Shown here in pieces: positions 41,465-54,375 of a stretch of 64,000 bases of DNA. A program made the position numbers and the translations under genes. Origin of the DNA: Octopus vulgaris (Eukaryota); contig OX597820.1 in the NCBI GenBank assembly GCA_951406725.2, positions 76,694,001 to 76,758,000 of the forward strand, given 5' to 3'. The stretch's first letter is position 1, and every line of letters begins with the position of its first letter. The notes beneath the pieces were generated by a model, which saw only the letters and a list, made by a program, of their open reading frames with translations, did not search any database and was not told the DNA's origin.

Positions 41465-42609
41465 ACATATTGGAGAAGGGTCTCTGTGATAACAGTGTAG
41501 CAAAACGGCGGTGCATCAGCATGGTCGCAGCTCTGAGCTGAAACTACAGCAAAAAATATATATGTATGTATGTATGTTTTGTATATCAACTTCTTTCTCT
41601 TAGTATCCTATTCTTTGAATCTATACAGAGAGAGAGAGGTGGAGAGACAGTGGGTAGAACAATATATATATATATATATGCATTTATTTATATGGAGTCA
41701 GCAAGCATTGTTCATGTCTATAGCTTACGTGTCTATTGTGAGAAAGATCGATAACTTACTATCTTATATTATTTTCTCTGTAAATGCCAAAACTGTCGAC
41801 TAATATGTACGGGGATATTGTCAGTTGGTTCTGGTAGAAAACAATTTGCGAGAATATGGAATATGTTACTATGTAAATCTATAGTGAAAATCATTGGTGC
41901 TATATAGTCGCTTCACAAGCACTACGTATCCTAGAGTCAATTTTAATGTGTGTATATATATATATATATATATACATACATAGGCACACACACACACACG
42001 GACACGGACACACACACACACATATATATATATATATTTATTTATATATACCGCACATGCACACATATGCTTATTGAGTACGAAGGACTAGTGTATGTTG
42101 TGTTCCAGTGCCTGTAATTCTTTCAGTGTCTCAACTTTGAACATTATCAAATATTAAGAAGCATTCATTGTCATAGAAAATTCAGTGTCAGGCTCATCTT
42201 TCTGATTTTTACCCTATAGAAGCCTCTTGTATATGTTATTGCCAGTACTTGAATCTCACTATACTTGATATGTAGTATCACATAAAAATATAAGGAAATC
42301 AACATAATTATACAAAGGTAAGACGGCATGAAATATGTTTGAAAGATATTTGAACCAGTAAAAACATTTCAGAGTAGTTTCATAAGACTTTAAAACTTCC
42401 TATTCATCTCAGGGTGCACACCAGCGGACTGAAAAATGCATTTCAAACTCGTGACTTCAGCAGCAGATACCAAGACAGGCAACTTTGAGCTGGCAACCAC
42501 ATTTTGCTTCCTTTTTCGAAAATCAGTTAATATATTTTTCGATATTTATTATATTTAGAATATTTATCTATATTTATTGTATTTACTATAATTCTATATA
42601 TGTTAAATA

Positions 42610-42664
<55 letters not shown>

Positions 42665-44287
42665 TATTTATTCTTATTTCCTGTATTTACTACACTTATT
42701 TATGATGTTTACGTTAAACATACTCTGTTGCTTGTATTCTGATAATTAATATCGTAGTAACTTATAAAGCACTTGAGTCTCTCCTCGTTTCTCCTTCTGC
42801 CTCATGAAACAAAATATGACAGTTTTAAAACACAAGAAAAGTCAATACAAATCATTAATTATTGATGCATCTTGTGTGCTTTATATTTACTTGAAATGTC
42901 TTATTAGATTATATGGTTTCGTTATTAGAAGTGAAAACGGAACAAACCAAATTTTCTTGGTGCTGTCATTAGTGTTGTTTACCTCCATATCATCTCCGAT
43001 CGAGTTGTTTCATGGGAAGAAACTTTCCAGTCAGGACATAACAGACTGCATTGATATGGCTAAGCTCGCTTTCAATAGGTACTACCCTTGATTTGAACGG
43101 GATATGGTTTCATTTGAGGGAGATTTTAGCTACCATATCTAGTCGGTTGAATTAACCTGTACGGCTTCCACGCTGGTTGTAAACGCTTGATTTCAGTCTA
43201 GTGACCAAGTGACAATATTAGTGCATCGTGAGATCTCGTTTGCTCTTGGCTTTTTCCTAATTTAAACAAATCCGTTTTTTAACGCCTACACATTTATAGT
43301 TACGAAAAATGAGACCACGTATCCTCATTGCTTTTCTCTGCAGTAGAAACATAGTAATTTCATTTCATTTATCTAATAACTTTATACTTATCTCTTTATT
43401 TAGGTAGCCATTATCACAATGTCAAGAGACGAAAATAGTCAAATTTAGCTAACAACAATATAATTACATTTCGTTCTTATTCTCTTTGGGGAAGAGGGAA
43501 TTCAAACATATAGTGATAATGAACCAAAGTTTTAATGTACAATAAGCATAAGACTTGTTATTCCGTTACACTTAACCCTGCTTTTGCTTGCATCTGCTAA
43601 CACATTACCTGTGACAAATACATCTTGAATTACAGTAGAAGCACACTACAATGTTTATATTCTAGATTGGGAATATTTTTTAAACCGTTGTTGTTTCTTA
43701 GTTAACCCGCGCGTGAGACCGGATCAAACAGTTCTATGATACATGGAATAATCTCCAGGCCATGAGCATAAATATCTATTTTTCGAGTAAATCTTTTTTC
43801 CAAGTTGTAATATTAGGAAGATGTGACTAATATTTGGCGAAGCTCAACTGTAAACGTCCAGGCTCTCAAATTTTTTCCCGAGTAAGAAAGTATCTACACA
43901 ATTGAAAGTGTTTATTAATTTTGTTACTGTTATATGTTGAGTTAATGTCAAATTCATTAATTTTACTACGAACAAAACTGATTTGTATCGGAACATGTTT
44001 TCATTATATCTTTTACCATAGAAAACCAACTGTTTACCATAGAAAACCAACTGTAATCTCGATACTGAAATTTTACAGAAATTTTAAGGAATTAACATGA
44101 ATTCATATTGATTTCAACTTACTCCTAAGTCCACATTATGAAGATGTGTTCACAAATATTTCCACATATATCATGTACATTCACAAATACATGAAAACAT
44201 ACACGATGAAAAATACATTCACAGACAAACACACAAATAAACAAATACATAGACAGACAGCAGAGAGACTGATAGATAATTAGATAT

Positions 44288-44374
<87 letters not shown>

Positions 44375-44993
44375 TTCGAAACATTTACTAGAGGAAATAA
44401 TTCTGACAATAGTCTTGATGAATATCTATCAGGCAAAACGTAAATTTCCAGTCAACAAAAATTTTTTAATAAATTCTTGATACCATTGCCAAGTGATTCC
44501 ATCCATATAATATATTTTATTTTTTCTTCTCAAAACGAGATATACTTCAAAAGTTTATATTACATCAAACATTGTTACATTTATTTTATGAAATAGCCTC
44601 AAGGTTTTAAACCTAAATAAAGAAGGTTAATGAAACATTCCCTCAGAATTTCATAATTTTTCGAATTTCTAACTTATGATGAGTGTATAACGGTATTAAA
44701 GAAATGAAGTATTTAGACGTCTAGACAAAGTGCCTTTGGATGGAATTTTCAACTTTTAATGTATCTCCCCAATACAAACATCCTAGTTCAAACTAGTGAA
44801 ATTCTGTATGGTTTGGATGGAAGTGGAAAAAGTAGTGAGGACATGGCGAGTGAGTGATATAACAGCACCGGGTGCAAAATATAGTTTGTTTATAGAATGG
44901 AACACGGTAAATGAAACATCAACGTGTGAACTGCATCAAAATCAAAGAACAGTTTTCTTGTTACACCGGCCCCTATGTTTTACAATTTATTTG

Positions 44994-45040
<47 letters not shown>

Positions 45041-45067
45041 AACACACATACATACATAGACTACTCA

Positions 45068-45580
45068 AATAACTTAGATACGTTTCGACCAAAGATTGGT
45101 CCAGGCCATGTCTAACATGAAAGCACCACTTGACAGGATCAGCTAAATTCCCTTTAAGTCAAGTTTTTTTATCATGGTCCCTTCCAGTATAGAATTCTTG
45201 TTGAGTGAGTTGTATGCAGCTTTAGGGGGTTTATCTGATATTCCTTTAAGAAATTTGTCTAGATTCCGTTTAAAGATGGTAGGATCATTTTCCTCTTTGA
45301 TTTTTTGGGGATAAGTTTTAATATGGTAAGGCCTGTTGAAGAAAAGAAATTGTATTGCAGTGTATTCATGTGTTGTGATCCTGAATTGCGCAGGAGAGAC
45401 GATAGGTACGTGGTACTAGCTTTGGGTGAATTTTGAAGCTAATGTTGAACTCGTTCTGGCAATGCTGGTGGTATATACTCCACATTGTACAAAGGATGCA
45501 TCGCTCACGGTGGCGCTGGAGAGAATAGCGTTTCAATGTTTTAAAGCGGTGCCAATAATCGAAATCATTCATTAAAGAAC
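45068..45580 (-). mobile_element. Decayed 3' end of the same CR1-group LINE
   Basis: DYWHRFKTLKRYSLQRHRER...FKIHPKLVPR; 3'UTR matches 24860-24920. Confidence 0.9.
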
Positions 45581-45807
45581 TCATATACGTTAAAACCACG
45601 AATTTATTTATCTGCCCATCGGTTCACGAAAACTGATTTGCAAGAGAAAACTCACAATATAATCAGACACCATGAACTGCATTTCGAAAAGTGATGATGT
45701 AAATATTCAATGTTGTAAAACAAAGAATTGTCACAGTAAAACATTAGAGTTAGCGATTGTCAAACTTGATGCATAAGAAAATCGGGCATTTCAGTCATAA
45801 TGACCTG

Positions 45808-45866
<59 letters not shown>

Positions 45867-45872
45867 TGTGTG

Positions 45873-45913
<41 letters not shown>

Positions 45914-45914
45914 G

Positions 45915-46105
45915 TATACCAGTCCGTCGGGCGTCCATTTGACACCGCTGGTCACAGCACACTGTCCACTCCTCTCTGGATCGCGCCTTTTCCATCCACG
46001 TGATCCCAATCGCCCTCCTGAAATCGTCACTCCACCATCGTTGAGGCCTTCCAAGTGGTCGTTTCCGCTCGCGCGGGTACCACTCGACAACCACCTGGGT
46101 CAACC
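45915..46105 (-). mobile_element. RTE-clade LINE 3' end
   Basis: VVEWYPRERKRPLGRPQRWWSDDF...WMEKARSREEW, a typical RTE ORF C-terminus; lies between (TA)n and (TG)n. Confidence 0.8.
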
Positions 46106-46169
46106 GATTATATATATATATATATATATATATGAAAGAAGGTTTGAAAATGCAATTTTAAAGACGTTT

Positions 46170-47130
46170 ATTCACTTGACCGGTTTCACTTTTTTAGAAA
46201 AAGATTGTCAAAATAAAATGTAAAGCTTTGTATGAGCTTTGTTGTGTTAATTACTGCTTATCACAAAATTATTAAAATACAGATATACGTTCTTTGATTA
46301 TAATAAGAAAATGTTAAAAACACTTTACAAGGAAGTATTTGAGAAAGTATTCAGAACGGGGCTCCAAAAAGCATTTTGAGTTCAATAAAAATCATGCTTG
46401 TTTGGTAGTATATATATATATGTATACCCAAAGGAGATATATTTAAGAATTTACAAAAAATTGTAGAGGAATACCTGACCTGTTTTCTGGCATTTTGTTT
46501 TATGTGCAGCTAAGGAATGCTTGCTATGTTAAGGGACAGTGTGGGAGGTCGGTTGGGGCGGGAGTAAGAGCAATGTGGAGTCAAGAGGATTTTTTTTGTT
46601 TCTGGGCTAGTTTGTCATGGTTCAGTGGTTTTCGGGACTGGTCAGAATGGTGTGAGTGTGCGTGTCTGTCTGTGCACGTATTACTCCAATATATTCTTGT
46701 AGCCATTATCACGTAGAATGGAAAATATGAATATAGAAGCGAAAAAAATATTATGTTACTTTGACGAACAAAAAGTGTACGAAAAGTGTAATACAATTCC
46801 TAAGAATGAGACAACAATTGATTCGAAAGTGACAGAATTGGATTCCATGTCTTGTTTTTTTGTGGGGCGGTGTATAGCTATATAGGTTATAGCGCGTTCC
46901 AAGAATTAAACAGTTTCAGAAAAATAGAAGCAATTTTAGTTTATGGTTCAATAAAAAGATAAATATTGCTTGATGAGCAAAATATTATTCCACGTTGCCG
47001 AAATTTTTCTGTAACGCTTGCCAGTGGTGTTTTGCAAACGGTTAATATTAGGGAGGTACAATCGATTTGGTTAGAACTTCAATGTTATTTTTGTCAATAG
47101 AGAATTGTTTGACTTTATGCCAGTATATTA
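46170..47130 (-). mobile_element. Possible decayed Penelope-like RT segment
   Basis: Faint VSFLGI-type RT remnant and a half hammerhead GAAA-CCGG-TC-aag (46175-46187, minus) at the 3' end beside (TA)n. Confidence 0.3.
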
Positions 47131-49142
47131 ATAGTTCTTATACTTTTGACCCTGAGCAGAAAGTAAATTAAAGCTGGCTTCGTTGGAATTTAAACACGCG
47201 AAAAAGAAGAAATAAAACACAGAGGAGAAACCTCCGTAAAGCATTTAATTAAATCCGGATCTTCACAATAGCTTTTCAATGGCGTTTTCCCTCTTTTTGC
47301 TTTCTTGCTCATACTCTTTGTCTCTCTTATACTATATATATATATATGTGTGTGTGTGTGGTGTATGTGTGTGTGTTTGTGTGTGTATATATATATATAT
47401 ACATATACGTATATACATATACATATACATATACGTATGTATATATATATATATATGTATGTGTATATATATAATATATGTATATATATATATATAGAGA
47501 GAGAGAGAAAGAGAGATCTACACGCATACAAAAACACGCACGCACACACACACACATACACACACACATATATATATATATATATTTATATATGAGAGAG
47601 ATACACACAGAGACAGTGATAGAGAGATAGTCATTAACACGAAGGAAATTAAAAGAGAGCGTACATTACTCTAATTATATACCGCTAAGTCGTAGCTATA
47701 AAACATTCGAAAGCACTTCTATGACAGAAATTAGTAATAAAGTGTGAAAGAAATGAAGCGAATAATAAGATATTCGTCCTCTCCAGTATAATTAAAAATA
47801 CTCTCTAATGTAGTGGAATGGAGTAGCTCCTCGCTTATGGTCATTACATGAAATATCAATAATGTAAGAGTCATATAGCTATAAACATAAAACTTCATAG
47901 CTTGTTCTTTTTTATTAATTAAGTATATATCTTGGCTACCTTAGAGCAGGTGATAGGCAATATATTCCTTCCATGAATGTTGCAAATAAGTTTCTTTGTA
48001 GAAAGGTAGGTAATTCAGTTTTTCAGCAGAGGCATAATTGAATATATATATGTTATTGTGAAAAATAATATTCTTACTTCAGTTTCAGCTTTTTTGCAAA
48101 ATTATAGACGCTTCTCGTATTATTTTAGGGTGCTTGAAAAGGTGTAGTGTCCGATGTTTGAAAGAAAGACAAAGGAAATTATAATTCAAATATTGAAATA
48201 TGTGGAGTTTCATAGCCTCTAGAACGTCAGAATGTGTACGTCGTACACCTAATTGAATGTCTACCAGATTTAATTTTGCTCGTCATTCTTTCGAGGTCGA
48301 CAAAGAAGAAAACAAGAGCGAATATTTGCGATAGCTTAGTCTGATGACTCAGATGTCTGGTCGTATCATTTTCTGGTTTTGACCTTTATTGTGAGTATAC
48401 CAAATATGATTGTAATACCAAGCTCTATGAGGCCTCACCTTCAAGATGGATTAAATTTGTTCAGTGAAGGTAGACTTAAATGCATTGGTACCCTACTTGG
48501 AAAACAAAACCCTGTTAAACATTGGTCTTTGAAAAGGAACTTCTTAGGTGCAAATACATGGCATCACGCGATCTGCAGGGACCCATACAAACGACAAACG
48601 GCAGACACACAGAATAATAGATAGAGAATAGTTTTCTACGAATGTTTTTGTGCTATTATAACATAAGAATCACATTGTTAAGGTGTGGACATCAAACCAA
48701 ATTGTCTCTCTTTTATGTTACTTGTCTTTTGATTCAGCGATTCCCTAGGAAAATATATTATTTCTACTCGAAGGTATCCAAAAGCAAGAATACGGAACGA
48801 AGACATCAATTTGATTAAATATAATCGCGATTATTGTTTTCTCCGCCTGATAATGAAAATTATGGCCAATGACATGGAGATTCGAACGTAGAAATATAAG
48901 ACTGCCTTCAATGCTCTTCGCAATAACGCCTTTATCATTTTACTCTAATTCACAAATGAGATCACGTACAATATTGTACAACGAATATTACAATATCGAA
49001 TTAATATAAGTTAAGGGAAAGTGTTTTAAGAATAGACAGAAAATTAAACTTACTGCAAATATGTTTCTGAAGATATCTGAGTTGGTATCACTAGTAAGAT
49101 AAATTTTGTAATAAATTATAAAAACGAATTCGATGTCCTTAC

Positions 49143-49274
49143 CTTTGAAAAGTGGGTTAATCCGCCATATACTAAGTGGCCCCTGACTAGCAAACTGGCC
49201 AAAGGCTAGCTCCAGATGGAAGAGAGGTAATCCCACAATGGCCAGCATTATTATATATGGTATCAGAAATGTAC
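49143..49274 (-). CDS. SLC6 transporter exon encoding TM2 and intracellular loop 1 (proline/glycine/ATB0,+ amino-acid transporter-like)
   Basis: Translates (G)[43 protein letters not shown](G). Acceptor tctttgctAG, donor GTAAG; 132 nt, phase 1 to 1, in frame with the upstream exon across a 3.3-kb intron. Confidence 0.96.
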
Positions 49275-50679
49275 CTAGCAAAGACAGAGAGCGAAATCAA
49301 TAAATACATAAGAAATATTATCTACGAAATAAATAACACAATATTATATATGTGAGAATTTAGCAAATAAATAATAAACGGTTTAGACACTTGACCATAC
49401 AAAATAAATAAATAAACAGATAATATATTTCAACTTTATGAAAATCTTTGAAACGAAATATTATATTATAGATATATGAGAATTTGCCTTTATTAGGAAG
49501 GACTGAAGAAGAAGCAGTGTCTCTGAAATTCATAGATCTACAGATGCTAGTGATAATGCTGGACTTAAAGTTTTCCTATAACTGCTACAAGTCGATGCGC
49601 GCAGGAAAGCACATACAGTTAGGCAATTCCAAATGACCGACGATTTGAGACATAGAGTTTATAAGAGTGTGTGCTTGTTGGTTACAACATGAAAAATGAT
49701 TGGGTGAGAGACGAGTAGATTTGATTGACTGAAGATGGCATGAAACTAGCCATCATTGTAGTAGTCATAAAAAGTAATAGACTTGCAAATAAGTGGTTGA
49801 AGAGTGTCTGTGAATCTCTTCCATTATTCGTGTGATATTTCTCTTTGCATGAGGTCACGAATGACTGCGACTGTTGCAAGAAAATCATCATTTATGGAAA
49901 GAGAGTGCTATATTGTTGATCATATATCATAAAAGTGTTGTAGTGATGAGAGTTAAATCATTTTTGTTTTCCGTTGTTTACCCGAAGAAGACATTAGGCT
50001 TTCATCTACTTTGGGTGTTCTACTATGTGTGCGCATTGGCAAGTCGAGATCTTCAGTGGTTTTGAGGTCTAATATATGGCCGTAGGATAAGGATAATGTC
50101 TTATTGGTAAATCTATTGTTACTAATAATATTTGTTGTTAAAGGATATGATATTCGCATGATCCTATTGAAGACAATACATATTAGATAGGAGGTGTCCA
50201 GGATCCCGTAATCAATGTCTGGTTGTCTGTTTAAGGAACTTTAATAAGGTAGAGGGCATTATCGTATCTGCTTCAGAATGGGTATTATTGAAGATGTTGG
50301 CAAATAGGCCATTGATGATCAGGAAGAAATGCGTAGGCATAAAACCGAAACATGGCGCACAGCAAATAATTGGAATGGGGATAAGATCATATTTCATCAG
50401 CATTCGCCGTTTTAATTTGATCTGACAGAAAGTTACCAACCCAGAATTTGATGGACTGATACAGCCCACAGGCATCCGCCAAAAATATTCGCATGAAAGA
50501 TATCGTTGAAAACGGCAATGAAGCTAACAACAATATTTGCAGGAGTTTTGTATGGGGAAAGAATCCATTGGAATAGAAATAAAATAGGCCACAGGTGTAT
50601 TTAGTTAGCACATTCCGTATTAATGTTCACTAATATTTAATGTATACAAGAAAATTGTACATAACTTCCATTAATACAG

Positions 50680-50926
50680 ATCTATATTTAAGAGATGAGG
50701 GATTATGTATAGTATTTACAGTATTTACATTTGACGGATATTTGTCCTCATCTTGATATACCCTCCAGCTTTCATCAGGTGTCTTGGGGAAATTTCGAAC
50801 CTGGGTTCTCATTCCTGAGGTATTTTTCGATGTTAGTATTATTATTATTATTATTCAGGTCACTGCCTGGAATCGGACTCAGAATCTTTGGGTTAGTAGT
50901 CCGCGCTCTTAAGCACTACGCCACAT
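50680..50926 (-). mobile_element. Second copy of the tRNA/hammerhead SINE, head-to-head with the first
   Basis: Minus strand TGGCGTAGTGCTTAAGAGCGCGGACTACTAACCC...GTCCGATTCC, (AAT)n, ACACCTGATGAAAGCTGG, then a deletion removing the GAAA half. A third tail fragment lies at 52826-52870. Confidence 0.75.
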
Positions 50927-50980
50927 GAAAATATTACATTTATAAGCCCTAAAATTCACTCCATAATTGCCCATAATTCT

Positions 50981-51045
50981 GTAGTAGCTAAGAGCGCGGG
51001 CTACTAACCCCAAGATTCCGAGTTCGATTTCAAGCAGTGACCAGC

Positions 51046-51108
<63 letters not shown>

Positions 51109-51265
51109 TCGAAAAATACCTTAGGAGTATGAACCGAGGTTCGAAATTTCACCAAGACACCTGATGAAGCCTGAAAGGTATAGCAGCCAAATCGTTGTGT
51201 TAACAACAAACAAGATGAGGACAAATATCGTCAAATGTAAATAAGGTAAATAATGTGTTCCATTA
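50981..51265 (+). mobile_element. tRNA-headed SINE-like element with (AAT)n linker and hammerhead-derived tail
   Basis: Head GTAGTAGCTAAGAGCGCGGGCTACTAACCC...GAGTTCGATTTC (A/B boxes, anticodon-like arm), then (AAT)n, then ACAC-CTGATGA-a-GCCTG..CAGCC-AAATCG-TT-GTGT at 51157-51200. Confidence 0.75.
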
Positions 51266-52584
51266 ATTTTAAATTGCTGGAAATGAATAGGAATGGACAA
51301 TAGCTGACGGAAATAAGAGCGATTGACTATCATGTTTTCACTCATTGGGATACCTATTCAGAAAGGTACTACCGAGTTAACATGTTTGACAAGTCAATAA
51401 AATATTTACTCTACAAAGTTGAAAGAGATTTCATAGGCAACTTGTGGTGGTGGGAGATAGAGATCTGAGATTTTATAAATTATTTTAGATGCAAGGTGTA
51501 TGTCGCTTGATGGAAGTTTCAGCCGGTTGGCTACCCGCTTTTCGAAGATTCTCATATAAGACAAAGAAGCGCCATATACAGTTAGCACGAATACGGTGGG
51601 TATAGGACATAAATTACCACCATATTGTGTTTGTTTGTTATGTGGATCTATTTTGGGTGATTGCAGTAAGACAGCGGCTGGATATTACGATTGCTGCTGA
51701 GATAGTTATAGCCCAGGAGAGAGGTTAAGTTTGATGGTTGGCAAGGGATCAATGAAATGCGGAGGGTCTATGCGTCATTCCGCTATCTGTGTATTGGGAG
51801 TGAATAGTTGAAGATGAAAAAACATATATGCGCACATATCTACATACATAGGCATACATGTCCGTAGTAGCATCGTCCATTAGAGACGACAGAAAAGCCA
51901 ACAAGTCACTTGTGAAAATAACGTGATAGCGAATTAGAAATAGATATTGTCAAACCAATTAACTTCTGTAGACAGGAAAAAAAACAAACGACAAACGTAA
52001 ATGATCTTTAATAAGGAAATAGAAAAATAGAGATAACGGGGTAGTCTGAACGAAAGAAAAAATAGTTAATGAAATCATAATAACCATAAATTGTTGTTAC
52101 TGTTATCGAAGTAGGAGATGTGGGTAGTACAGTGATCGTGAACAATATTAAGAGAGATGTTGAAATATAGCGTCTAACATAGGCAACACTTAAGGGTTGA
52201 AGGATATCAGCCTAGGGTGGATATGTGGACAGTGCAGTAGCAAGACATAATGGGGTTTGTTCCTGGTTGTTAGTTTAAAAGCCTTCGAGGGATTTCGCAA
52301 TTGGTATGTAGGTGTATCTACTTTCGTGGAGTATACGAGGAACGTTATTAGGGAGGTATTCTCAAAGCGTACATCGTAAACATTGTAGAATTACTGGGAG
52401 TTGGTATATAAGGAGAGAACGTGTTATATAAGGGGAGAGAGTCGTTTCTAAGTTTATTTTACTTATATTGAGAAATGATCGTGATAGAGTGAAAATAGCA
52501 TCCATATATTTCCATATAATTCCTTTATTTTTCGTAAGGCAAAGTTCATAATAATTTTAACATCGTCATACAAAATCTACTTAC

Positions 52585-52759
52585 CTCCGCCATTTTTATA
52601 GCACAAATACGGGAATCGCCAGACATTGGAAAGTCCCACTGCATATCCAACACATGTCATAAGAAACTCAGATTTGCCGGCCCATGTCACTCTAGTACTT
52701 TCTTCTTCTTCTTCCTCAACTGGAGGCGCTTGCTCTTCATCTTTACGAACAACATCAGC
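52585..52759 (-). CDS. SLC6/NSS Na+/Cl- dependent transporter, exon encoding N-terminal tail and TM1
   Basis: Translates [58 protein letters not shown](G), the SLC6 signature RxxW...[22 protein letters not shown]. Acceptor tttcttttaaAG, donor GTAAG; 175 nt, phase 0 to phase 1. Confidence 0.96.
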
Positions 52760-52871
52760 CTTTAAAAGAAAACATAAGTATTATATTTCATGTTACATTA
52801 TACGTATGTACCTTATTTATATTATTTATATTTGACGGATATTTGTCCTCATCTTGTTTGTTGTTAACAAA

Positions 52872-54375
52872 CTTTTCTACTCAAATTAAAGGCCCGAAAT
52901 TTTTTGGGGAAGGTGCTTGTCGATTAGATCAACCGCAGTACGCAACTGGTACTTAATATTACCGACCCCGAAAGGACGAAAGTAAAAGTCGACCTGGGCA
53001 GAATTTGAACTGAGAATGTAAAGACAGACGAAATACTGCTAAGCATTTCGTCCAGTGCGTTAACGTTTCTTATTTCTTTAATGCCCACAAGGGTCTAAAC
53101 ATAAAGGAGACAAACAAGGACACACAAAAGGATTAAGTCGATTATATCGACTCCAGTGCGTAACTGGTACTTAATTTATCGACCCCGAAAAGATGAAAGG
53201 CAAGGTCGACCTCGGCGGAATTTGAACTCAGAACGTAACGGCAGACGGAATACGGCTACGCATTTCGCCCGGCGTGCTAACGTTTCTGCCAGCTCGCCGC
53301 CTTAAATACCTATTTCTTTACGACCCATAAGGGGATAAACACAGAGAGGACAAACAAGGACAGACAAACGGATTAAGTCGATTACACCGAACCCAGTGCG
53401 TAACTGGTACTTATTTAATCGACCCAGAAATGATGAAAGGCAAAGTCGACCTCGGTGGAACGTAGTGGCAGACGAACTACTGCTAAGCATTTCGCCCGGC
53501 GTGCTAACGATTCTGCCAGCTCGTCGCCTCGTGCTAATATTATTATTATCATGACTAAATCAGCGAGCTGGTCGAATCGTTTTCACGCCGGGCGCAGTGC
53601 TTAGCGGTATTTCATTTGCTGCTGCTTTGTGAGTTAAAAATAAGTACCACCTACGTACTGGGGTCGATGTAATCGACAAGCCCCCTTCCTCACCAAATTT
53701 TCCAGGCCTTGTGCCAAGAGTAGGAATAATTATTATTACCATGACTATAAAGGTGTCGAGCTGGCAGAAACGGTAGCACGCCGGGCGAAATGCGTAGCCG
53801 TATTTCGTCTGCCGTTACGTTCTGAGTTCAAATTCCGCCGAGGTTGACTTTGCCTTTCATCCTTTCGGAGTCGATAAATTAAGTACCAGTTACGCACTGG
53901 GGTAGATGGAATCGACTTAATCCCTTTGTCTGTCCTTGTTTGTCCCCTCTATGTTTAGCCCCTTGTGGGTTGTAAAGAAATAAATTATTATCATGACTAA
54001 AATATGAACGGTTACTTATTTCATCGTTCCTGAAATGATGAAGTGTAGAGTGGACCTTGGCAGAATTTGAGCTGAAATAGTAAAGTCGGACGAAATGGCG
54101 ATAAGCATTTTGTCCGGCTGGCTAAATATTCTGCCAACTCACCGCCGCCTCGTCTACGTTTCATTGATTTCAAATTTTGGCACAAGTGTATAAGTTTAAA
54201 TGAAAGGGTAAAACGTTTACATTTGCCCCAGTTCTCAAACGTTACTTATTTTATCGACCTCGAAATGATGAAGGACAAACCAGCGTCGGAGGAATTTGAA
54301 CTCAGAACCTAAAGACGGCCGAAATGCCACTGAACACGTTGCCTGGCTCTATAACTATTCTGTCTCTTCGCCGCT
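52872..54375. mobile_element. Cluster of about 7 SINE family A copies in both orientations
   Basis: Minus copies at about 52872-53070, 53068-53303, 53310-53530, 54005-54150, 54165-54375; plus copies at about 53560-53725, 53750-53983. Confidence 0.9.

Larger units (their letters stand above)
49500..52500 (-). mobile_element. Possible ancient Penelope-like element filling most of the SLC6 intron
   Basis: FNDIFH..FG.MPVGCISP near 50440-50510 resembles the PLE RT motif FN..FY.Q..G.PMGSP.SP; otherwise decayed; interrupted by the SINE pair. Confidence 0.3.

Noticed and set aside
44013-44053. Short tandem duplications (21 bp here; 13 bp at 15941-15974; about 35 bp at 40033-40143)
   Set aside because: Ordinary slippage products; no repeat-spacer regularity, so not CRISPR-like.
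50857-51042. Possible tRNA genes
   Set aside because: Acceptor stems do not pair and both heads continue into the same repeat body, so they are SINE heads.
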